This document shows, piece after piece, positions 7,365-15,062 of a DNA stretch of 64,000 nt. The position numbers were made by a program, and so were the translations under genes. The notes below the pieces were generated by a model. It had not been told where the DNA came from. It made no database searches and saw nothing but the letters and a program-made list of their open reading frames with translations. Numbering within the stretch: the first letter of the stretch is position 1; each line of letters begins with the position of its first letter. Source of the stretch: an uncultured Candidatus Peribacteria bacterium (lineage in GTDB: Bacteria; Patescibacteriota; Gracilibacteria; Peribacterales; Peribacteraceae); contig CAZHQF010000004.1 of NCBI GenBank assembly GCA_964534205.1, forward strand, positions 109,436 to 173,435, in the 5' to 3' direction.

Positions 7365-10300
7365 TCGTTAATTCGGTAAAGAGTAAAGTTGAGAGTCTGG
7401 TTAAGCTTATTCCAACTAAAGAAATGATAACGCGGTGTTAGGTCATCTGTCTCCGTACCATTTGGTAGTGTTCTGCCTTCGCCAAAATTTGAATCAAAAA
7501 CCCATATTCCCTCTGCTGTAACAGATCCTATAAGGAAAGTGTGCTGATAATTATCGAGTGTATATTGAACCATATCGCCAGTAAGCAATTGCTTGGATTC
7601 TGCGAGTTCACTGAGCACTGTTCCCAGAGTACCCTCATCGCTTTCAGTATGACCAGTTGCTATAGCAATAACATCTGTGTTTGAAACCCACTGATACTGG
7701 GCATTTTCCATATTTTTTCCGATATTAATTCCGACTTCCGGATCTTTTAGAATCAATTGCTGTAACCAATATTTACATTGACCCTCTTGAAAGCTTTCAT
7801 AAGGAGTGCCCACCCATGCGTTCGCCTGAGAATCCCAAATCGCTTTGTGCTCATCGGATGCATTTTGGCCAAGGAAGTGTTCAAGAAGGAACTTGATTGT
7901 CGCTGTTGCTTTTGCGCGATCGGGACTCAGGCCGGTAAATGAAAGTGCTTCGAGCACTCTCTGTTTATCCTGTGCATCCAGCGCATCAAAATCGGCAACA
8001 TACTGTCTGGCGATATCTTCGGTAGCTTGGTCATTTATCGATGCGGTAATAGTGCTCACAGATTGTGGAAACATGACATTCACGAATATTTCTGCCTCAC
8101 GGTTTGTGCCACCACCAAGACCCTCCACATTCTCGCCTGTTGATTGCAAAAGGGCAAGTTTTAGCCTAAAAGCTCCTGCTAAGTTCCCGTTGATGCCAGC
8201 ATAAGCCAGAGACTGCATTGGAATTTTTGCAGTATATCCTCCTTGAAATAGAGGTGTGAGTGCAATGCCTCCCCCTTGATGATTCATGCCAATTTGAAAT
8301 CCAAATTCGCTGAGGAGATAGAATGTTCCACCTGAATACAGATTTGTTGTAGTGCTAAAATTTTGCGGCAAAAGGAGATCAAACTTCACAGGAATCATCG
8401 CATTAGGATCAGTGTGATCAAAAGCACCGAGAATGACTTTAGCAACCTCAGGTTTTTCAGGAGCAATTGACGATGATGCTGTCGAAGGAACAAAAAGATG
8501 ATCAAGTCCGGCTATTGCACAAGTTGTCCAAAAAGTTCTAAAGGAACGCGAAGGATCACTTGTCGTGATAGCAAAATTCGCTTGCAGCAATTCACCTGAC
8601 ACTCCCAATAGTCGCTCAGCAATAGCTATTCGTAGCCGCAATTCCCCAATCGAAGTGTCCGCTGCAGATTGAAATAATCCTGTGAGTATCCTTCCTGCAA
8701 CGGTGTCTGTACGCATTTTTTGTCCTTCAAATTCTAAAGCAGAATTCCTGAACCAGGAGAATGCAATAATCTGCAATTGTGAAAGAGGAAGATTATTCAC
8801 TGCCTCGCGTGCATCAACGAGAGAGATCGTATTTTCACTGGCTTGAGTATCAGTGGCATAACCAACAAGTGAAGATGTAAACCCCAATGTCTGTCTAACT
8901 TGTATCTCTGACGTACCAGTGAATGCCGCCAACTGCCCCCAGGAAAGTTCGCGTCCAACAGACCTTGCATAATTATGGAGCGGTACAATGGCATCAGCGG
9001 GTGCCGCCGCGTGGCTGAGGAGAATCACATTCACTGTATGATTGAACGCCGCATCCGACACCTCATTCGTGTCCGCCGGATCCTCATGTTCACTCACCCT
9101 GTGCGTCCAGTTGAGGATCATCTGGTAATAGGCGGATTCCTCGGCTTTGCGCATCTCCACCGCCGCATTCGCATCTGAGCATCTGCACTCCAGGCACTCC
9201 CGGATCTGCTCTGCGGTGGGGAAGCCCGGATAGGAACACTGGAAGCGGGAGAAATCGAAGATGCCCGGCTCCTCCCCGGCATCGCGTCTCATGAGCCAGG
9301 TGTGGTAATCCGAGGCGGCGTTCAGAAGGCGTTCCGAGGCATCGAAGACCTCGTTCCAGACCTGCTCCTCCTGGAACGCGCCCGGATGCCCACCCAGCGC
9401 ATAGATCTGGGCAAAACGCTGCTGCAGCACCTGGTTCTTTGCGCTTGCGAGCAGCTCATTGGTGAAGGCCAGCAAGCCGACTGCAGACCAGATAGAGGAA
9501 GCGACGTTGCGGGCGATGGAATATTCCCCCACCGTGACAGGCTCGATATGCGGCGCGACGGACATGACGAGCGCGGCACTCTCCGCCTGCGCAACGGCGA
9601 GATCCTCCGCATCAGGAACAACGGCAACATCAATGGATGCATCTAGGAGACGCGGGAAGCTCTCCGGCAGAAGCTGCAGCGTCCGTAAGGCCGGATGCCA
9701 CTGTGCATACAGAGACTCTTCCTCGATACGCTGACCGTCGACGAGGACAGACACGCGATACATGCGGTTGCCATCCATGGTCACCGTGCCATTCATCGTG
9801 CCGTGGAAGGGCACAGAGACCGTGACGAAGGATTGCTCTTCATCACGGGTGACCGTGGCACCGAGTTCGAGGCGCACCCAGCCGCCAGGACCGTTAAGCA
9901 TGATCTCCGGCTGCACTTCCTGACCCTCAAGGACAAAAACTCTCAGGACAAGCTTGTTCCTGTTCACACCGAGAATGGAAACGGTGTTCCGCAGTGGCAC
10001 CTCCGTCTCCTCCCGCGCGAACAGATCCTGCGCTGCGATGAGAGCGTTCTCCAGACGCGTGATCCGATTCGCTGCCCCGTTCATCCTGTTCTGCGCCTGC
10101 TCCACGTCCCAGTCCGTCGCCTGGTTCTGATGACGCCGAACGAGGACCGTGTGTAGTTCCTGCTGAAGGGTGGATAGTGAATTTTCGGCTTCAGTAAGCG
10201 CAAATTCAAGGACAGGAATCGCGTGTGCGGCGGCGAAGCGGTTGCCTTCCGTAAGACCGGAGAGAATCTCCTGAAGCACAGGATTGGATTCCGCTGCCGC

Positions 10301-11737
10301 AAAGGCAGCGGCAATGGCATCACTGGACGGCGGAGCTTCCTCCGGCGGGAGGCCCGGATCGGGGTCGGGCTGGGATGCAGCAGCGATCTCCTCGGGTGTG
10401 GGAGGCAGCGGCTCGGGAAGCGGAGTGGCATTCCGGTACGTCTGGATACCACCCTGGATGGATGCAGACACGATTCCCGGCTGTCCACCGGGGGTGAATG
10501 CACCGACGCTGACACCGATCACCTGCTGGTTGTCCTGCAGGATCTGTGGCGAGCCGAACTCACCATTGCCGAGCCCGGTGAGGACAGAAACGCCTCCCTG
10601 GGTATTGCTCCGCTGCCAGAAGAGCGAGGCGACAAGATCGCGTACGTTGTCCCCGTTGAAATCAACGGCCTTGAGTGTGTAGATATGTTGGCCACCCACG
10701 TTATCGATAGAACCGATGCGCTGCAGCGCGCCACTAGTATTGACGGTGTATGTGACAAGCGTGTGATTCTGCGTGGCGGCAATAACGTACATCTGTCCGT
10801 TTTCCTCATACGCAGTCACTGTGTATCCGAGCGCACCGAGATTCACCGAACCGGCTTGCTGATAGCGACCGTTGCCCGTAGAGAGCAGTGTCATCACCTG
10901 ACCCGTGCGGTGGACGATCACCAGGTCCTCGCGGCCATCATGATTGATATCGATGGCCGCACCGTCGAGCGGGAAATCCCCTACGGGAATCATCTCCTGG
11001 TGGTTGTTTTTGGTTACGGTATAGAGCGCGTCAGCTGATTGATCGACAACAATGGTGTCTGCTCCGCTCTGGCCTGCCGTGCGAGCCAAAAACACACTGC
11101 GGGGGTTACCACCCGCTCCTCCGATGACTTCCGGCTCCTGGAAAGTGCCATCCCCGTTGCCCCGCAGGGTGACGATCTCACCGGAACCGTACATTGCCGT
11201 ATTCACATCGATCTTCCCGTCACCATCCCGATCACCAAATGAAACGGAACGCGCATCGGACCCCGGAAGATCAAAACTCTGATAGGCGGATGGAACGCCT
11301 TGCGACGTGAGGGTCCGGATGTTCACTGTACGGTCGTTACTGATATGTGCGGTCGCGGCCTGACCGTTCTCCAGAATCGTCTGGTCGATCGCCATCGTGT
11401 CCGCGCCACCACCGGTACGGGAACCTGCTTCAAACGTCGGATCCGTAACGGAAGGAGTAATGCGGTCGTCGAGCGATTCCAGGACCATGGACCGCGTTGA
11501 GGTACGCGATTGCTCCACAGCCGGATCAGTGGCGCGACGCAGGAGGATTTCGTACGGCTGTTCCTTCGGAGAGGGGGGGCCGGATCTGTGACGGTCGGGC
11601 GTCATGGGAGGAGGGGGGAAGTTCACCACCAGCAAACTCCCTCCCAAAGACAGCCGGGAGGCCCCGGAAACCATCGAAAAAATGAGTGTTCGACTTTTTG
11701 GCTTACAAAAGAGCTCCTTGGCGTTCTGTGACCCCAC
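7361..11737 (-). CDS. Large FG-GAP/VCBS-repeat protein with C-terminal CHAP-like Cys-His peptidase (putative peptidoglycan hydrolase) domain
   Basis: FG-GAP-type repeats (FGDRDGDGKIDV, IDINHDGREDLV, VDFNGDNVRDLV, GNGDGTFQ, GLGNGEFG), then a Pro-rich linker. The C-terminus has EGQCKYWLQQ ... GDMVQYTLDNYQHTFLIGSVTAEGIWVFDSNFG, matching the CHAP GQC...H...N pattern. The true start is probably internal (for example ATG at 11605, MTPDRH), because the first ~40 codons cross an intergenic repeat. Confidence 0.8.
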   Translation of the reverse strand: MGSQNAKELFCKPKSRTLIFSMVSGASRLSLGGSLLVVNFPPPPMTPDRHRSGPPSPKEQPYEILLRRATDPAVEQSRTSTRSMVLESLDDRITPSVTDPTFEAGSRTGGGADTMAIDQTILENGQAATAHISNDRTVNIRTLTSQGVPSAYQSFDLPGSDARSVSFGDRDGDGKIDVNTAMYGSGEIVTLRGNGDGTFQEPEVIGGAGGNPRSVFLARTAGQSGADTIVVDQSADALYTVTKNNHQEMIPVGDFPLDGAAIDINHDGREDLVIVHRTGQVMTLLSTGNGRYQQAGSVNLGALGYTVTAYEENGQMYVIAATQNHTLVTYTVNTSGALQRIGSIDNVGGQHIYTLKAVDFNGDNVRDLVASLFWQRSNTQGGVSVLTGLGNGEFGSPQILQDNQQVIGVSVGAFTPGGQPGIVSASIQGGIQTYRNATPLPEPLPPTPEEIAAASQPDPDPGLPPEEAPPSSDAIAAAFAAAESNPVLQEILSGLTEGNRFAAAHAIPVLEFALTEAENSLSTLQQELHTVLVRRHQNQATDWDVEQAQNRMNGAANRITRLENALIAAQDLFAREETEVPLRNTVSILGVNRNKLVLRVFVLEGQEVQPEIMLNGPGGWVRLELGATVTRDEEQSFVTVSVPFHGTMNGTVTMDGNRMYRVSVLVDGQRIEEESLYAQWHPALRTLQLLPESFPRLLDASIDVAVVPDAEDLAVAQAESAALVMSVAPHIEPVTVGEYSIARNVASSIWSAVGLLAFTNELLASAKNQVLQQRFAQIYALGGHPGAFQEEQVWNEVFDASERLLNAASDYHTWLMRRDAGEEPGIFDFSRFQCSYPGFPTAEQIRECLECRCSDANAAVEMRKAEESAYYQMILNWTHRVSEHEDPADTNEVSDAAFNHTVNVILLSHAAAPADAIVPLHNYARSVGRELSWGQLAAFTGTSEIQVRQTLGFTSSLVGYATDTQASENTISLVDAREAVNNLPLSQLQIIAFSWFRNSALEFEGQKMRTDTVAGRILTGLFQSAADTSIGELRLRIAIAERLLGVSGELLQANFAITTSDPSRSFRTFWTTCAIAGLDHLFVPSTASSSIAPEKPEVAKVILGAFDHTDPNAMIPVKFDLLLPQNFSTTTNLYSGGTFYLLSEFGFQIGMNHQGGGIALTPLFQGGYTAKIPMQSLAYAGINGNLAGAFRLKLALLQSTGENVEGLGGGTNREAEIFVNVMFPQSVSTITASINDQATEDIARQYVADFDALDAQDKQRVLEALSFTGLSPDRAKATATIKFLLEHFLGQNASDEHKAIWDSQANAWVGTPYESFQEGQCKYWLQQLILKDPEVGINIGKNMENAQYQWVSNTDVIAIATGHTESDEGTLGTVLSELAESKQLLTGDMVQYTLDNYQHTFLIGSVTAEGIWVFDSNFGEGRTLPNGTETDDLTPRYHFFSWNKLNQTLNFTLYRINE

Positions 11738-11743
11738 AGAACG
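11694..11743. repeat. Intergenic repeat: TTTTTGGCTTACA(A/G)AAG(A/G)GCTCC module plus CGTTCTGTG/CACAGAACG hairpin
   Basis: CTTTTTGGCTTACAAAAGAGCTCCTTGG followed by CGTTCTGTGACCCCACAGAACG. Related copies at 2272-2348 and 53423-53494. Module-only copies at 49232-49252, 59172-59190 and 61907-61950. Confidence 0.7.
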
Positions 11744-11758
11744 TACGGAAAGTTCTTT

Positions 11759-12484
11759 TTACTTTTGGGCTCCCAACCTCCTCTGCAACTTCTTCAGCGC
11801 CCAGAGCTCCTTGAACATGTTCACAATCACGTAGAGCTTGGCACCGGTGGGGTTCCCCGCCGTGCGCGGGTAGTGCGGCACATCCACCTGCGCCCACTCG
11901 ATCCCCTGCATCTTGAGGCGCAGGAACATCTCGGTGTTGAAGAGTTTTTCATACCCGACGGTCGGGCGGATGGAAGGCCAGAGGTCCCTGAAGTAACACT
12001 TCATGCCGCAGTTCACATCGCGCACCCAGAGGCCGAGGACGATCCAGTTCATGAGACCGAGCACCTTGCCGAACATGTTGCGGATAAAAGAATCCGCGCG
12101 CTTGCGGCGGCGGCCGGTGGCAAAGCGGTGGGTTTCGAGGAGCGGGAGGAGTTTCTCCAGATCCTCGGGCTTGAACTGTCCGTCGGAATCCATGAAGGCG
12201 ATCACCTCCTTGGTGGCGGTATCGCAGCCGGCGCGGATGGCTCCGCCGTAGCCCTGGTTTTTGGTGTTGTGGATCACGCGCAGGTGCGTGTCCTCTTTCG
12301 CCATGGCATCCAGGAGTGCGCCCGTGCGGTCGCGCGAGCCGTCATCCACGGCGATGACTTCGCCGTCCATCCCTGTGCGCGCAAGCCAGGCAAGGCACGC
12401 GCGGACGGTGACAGGCACATTGTCCTCCTCGTTGTAACACGGGAGGACCAGGGAGAGGGAACGCACGGACATCCGGGGCATCAT
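11759..12484 (-). CDS. Family-2 glycosyltransferase (polyprenyl-phosphate sugar synthase type, DPM1/ArnC/GtrB-like)
   Basis: LSLVLPCYNEEDNV, VIAVDDGSRDRT, GYGGAIRAG and MDSDGQFKPEDL motifs. Confidence 0.9.
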   Translation of the reverse strand: MMPRMSVRSLSLVLPCYNEEDNVPVTVRACLAWLARTGMDGEVIAVDDGSRDRTGALLDAMAKEDTHLRVIHNTKNQGYGGAIRAGCDTATKEVIAFMDSDGQFKPEDLEKLLPLLETHRFATGRRRKRADSFIRNMFGKVLGLMNWIVLGLWVRDVNCGMKCYFRDLWPSIRPTVGYEKLFNTEMFLRLKMQGIEWAQVDVPHYPRTAGNPTGAKLYVIVNMFKELWALKKLQRRLGAQK

Positions 12485-12534
12485 TGCGGATGCAGACGAG
12501 CCGGGTCAACGGTTCTTTCCGCGGGCGGGAGCGC

Positions 12535-14331
12535 TCAGCTGAGCGGAAAAAGGGAGATGATCACGATAAACACCGCCGAAAGGGCGGATAGCACTACAAA
12601 AGGAGTGGAAGCGGCAGGGCGCAGCCACTTGAGCCGCGGGTGCAGGCGGTCGGTGGCGAGGAGGGCAAAGGCCAGGAGCGGCAGCAGGGCCAGGAAGGAA
12701 TACCGGAAATCCTGGGAGGAGGAGTACGGGTACCGGATACGGAAGAACAGGTGACCGAAGAGACACGCACCGGCAACGAGCCACAGCGGCATGGTTTTAC
12801 GGATGTTGCCGAAGAAGGAGACGAGCATCCCGAGCGCCGAGAACAAGGCGGTGAACAGACCCGAGATCAGGATGGCGCTGCTGAGGAGCCGCAGCTGCAG
12901 GCTGAAGGTGAACTCCCCGAAGAACGCGGACCGGAAGAGGTATTCCCAGAAGAACTGACGCCCCGCGTCGTCGCCCCACGGGTTGTTGTACACGATCGTG
13001 GCGATCCGCTGGGGGTTGAAGACCGTTAGATTCTGGAGCGTGTTTTGCACGAGCAACCCGGAGTTGAGGTTGCCGATGTTCCCCACGAGCATCTCGTGCT
13101 CTCCCTGGAACAGACGGAAGGCATAGAGCCATCCGCAGAGAAGGAAGAGGATAAGGAGCATCGATCCCGTGAGGGATGCTTTCCGCTTCCACGGGAGCCT
13201 GGGCCGGAGCAGTAGCGCAAGGAACGCGGCGGGAACGAGCAGCAGGGCGTTGCCTTTGGTGAGGATGCCAAGGCCGATGCAGACGGCAACGGCGCTCCAC
13301 TCCCCGTCTTTGGCGTTCTGCCAGAACCGCAGGAGGAAGTAGAAGGCGGCGGTCATCCACAGCTGCAGGAGCACATCGTTGTTGATGCGCGCGGCAAAGA
13401 GGATGAGTCCGGGGAACGTGGCGACGACCGCAGCGAAGAGCAGCCGTTCCATCCGCTGCCGCTTCAGCGGGAACAGGAGCGGCGCGCACGCGCACGCAAA
13501 GCAGAGCGTGAGAATGCTCGCGATGAGCGCACCGGTCTGGATATCGGTGAGAATCGCCTCGTTGCTGCGACCGAAGAACTCCGCGACCGCCATCCAGCCG
13601 CCGGCGGCGGCGTAGTAGAGAGGAGGCTGATAGAACTGCCAGCCGCCGTGCGGCGGAGGGATGGCCGCGTGGTCGGCCATGTAGCGGATGTACTGGATGT
13701 GCCCGTCGGTATCGTGGCCGCGCAGGGAGTACGGCGTGCCGGTAACATAGAGGATGCGCAGCAGGATGCCGGCACAGAGAAGCGCAACGAAGAGGCCGTC
13801 CGTCTTGCGTGTGCGGATGAGCGGGTACAGCTGCAAAACAAACGCAATCAGGAGCGCGAGCGCCGTGAGGTTGAACGTGAGAGTGACGGGATCGAGAGCC
13901 GCAATGCGCACACTCAGTCCGCCGGGTCCGCCGTCGTTGCGGATTTTCACGGTGATGCTGTTGTCTCCGGTGTGAAGGTAGGGGCCCAGATTGAGCACAC
14001 TGCCCTTGCTGTAATCGCAGAAGGGAATCCCCTGCTCGGTAACAAGGACGCTGTTCACGATGACACTCTCCACGCAGTCATCGGGGATGAACTGATAGTA
14101 CGTGGGCATGAGGGAACCCACCGTGAGCGTGAACGTGGCTTCGGCGGTGCTGTTGCCTTCCGAACTGAAGGAGAGCGGCAGCGTGAAAGGCTGCGCATCG
14201 AACCAACCGTCCATGCGGTAACTGCCGGTCCCGAATTCCGGCACCGCCTGCGACCACAGCGTCAGCAGGAGTGCAAACGCCGCAAGAAAGATGCCCGTGC
14301 AGATGCCGATACGGCGGAACCGCAACGTCAT
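12535..14331 (-). CDS. GT-C fold, PMT/ArnT-like (family 39-like) polyprenyl-phosphate-dependent glycosyltransferase with an extra N-terminal extracytoplasmic domain
   Basis: 598 aa with more than 10 TM helices. First-loop motif GHDTDGHIQYIRYMADHAAIPPPHGGWQFYQPPLYY is typical of PMT_2-type enzymes. About 130 aa of non-membrane sequence lie between TM1 and TM2. Confidence 0.7.
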   Translation of the reverse strand: MTLRFRRIGICTGIFLAAFALLLTLWSQAVPEFGTGSYRMDGWFDAQPFTLPLSFSSEGNSTAEATFTLTVGSLMPTYYQFIPDDCVESVIVNSVLVTEQGIPFCDYSKGSVLNLGPYLHTGDNSITVKIRNDGGPGGLSVRIAALDPVTLTFNLTALALLIAFVLQLYPLIRTRKTDGLFVALLCAGILLRILYVTGTPYSLRGHDTDGHIQYIRYMADHAAIPPPHGGWQFYQPPLYYAAAGGWMAVAEFFGRSNEAILTDIQTGALIASILTLCFACACAPLLFPLKRQRMERLLFAAVVATFPGLILFAARINNDVLLQLWMTAAFYFLLRFWQNAKDGEWSAVAVCIGLGILTKGNALLLVPAAFLALLLRPRLPWKRKASLTGSMLLILFLLCGWLYAFRLFQGEHEMLVGNIGNLNSGLLVQNTLQNLTVFNPQRIATIVYNNPWGDDAGRQFFWEYLFRSAFFGEFTFSLQLRLLSSAILISGLFTALFSALGMLVSFFGNIRKTMPLWLVAGACLFGHLFFRIRYPYSSSQDFRYSFLALLPLLAFALLATDRLHPRLKWLRPAASTPFVVLSALSAVFIVIISLFPLS

Positions 14332-14405
14332 GCGTCACAGTGTAGACGAACAAGACGCTTTCTCAGCAGCTGCAGACCGATGGAAAATGATGTGTATTCG
14401 CTGAA

Positions 14406-14452
14406 CGAAAAAACCGCTGTCACCCTTCGACTACGCTCGGGATGACAGCGGT
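14406..14452 (-). terminator. Intrinsic terminator after the 146-aa gene, built from a REP-like hairpin
   Basis: The minus strand reads ACCGCTGTCATCCCGAGCGTAGTCGAAGGGTGACAGCGGT followed by TTTTTTCG. Confidence 0.6.
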
Positions 14453-14471
14453 GTTGATTGCAAAAAGAAAC

Positions 14472-14912
14472 TTACTGTGCGTCGGTGGCACCCTCGGCAG
14501 CAGCGGGCTGCTGGATCTGCACGGGGACAACATCCAGGATGCGGTCCTGGGAAGGGCTATAGAGGATAGCGCGGTCGGTGGTGACGATGAGGTGATCGCC
14601 GTTCTGCGCCTTGGTGTAGAACGCGTTGCGCTCGCGCAGCTTCTCCACGTCCACGATGGTGGCGACCGTGGGCTCGATATCGGACGGGATATCGATGTGG
14701 CGGCGGACCTTCTCCACGATGGCCTTGGCCTCCTCCTGGTTCTGCTGCTGGTTCTCATCCGTCACCTGACCCAGGCGGACGGAGAGCTGAGCCAGCTGAT
14801 CCTCGGCGGCGCGGCGGCGCATATCGAGGACGAGGACGAGGACGACGAGTCCGAGGACGACGAGGAATCCGAGCGGCTTGGCGCGGGAAGCCTTGGTGGA
14901 AGTGGTCTCCAT
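14472..14912 (-). CDS. Small N-terminally membrane-anchored protein, unknown function
   Basis: 146 aa with one TM segment (LGFLVVLGLVVLVLVL), a Gln/Glu-rich linker and a small globular C-terminus. High GC3. Lies between the glycosyltransferases and the giant gene. Confidence 0.7.
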   Translation of the reverse strand: METTSTKASRAKPLGFLVVLGLVVLVLVLDMRRRAAEDQLAQLSVRLGQVTDENQQQNQEEAKAIVEKVRRHIDIPSDIEPTVATIVDVEKLRERNAFYTKAQNGDHLIVTTDRAILYSPSQDRILDVVPVQIQQPAAAEGATDAQ

Positions 14913-15062
14913 GAAGAACGGGGGAAAAGAGGTTCGGATCTCATCCTACGTTGCTTTCCACCGCAGAGGCAAGCCATCTTCGCAGTGTTGCAATTTATAC
15001 GAATGCAACAGAAAAAATATGTCTGTCAAAAAACGTCAGGTTCAGTGTTCCTTCCCGATCTC

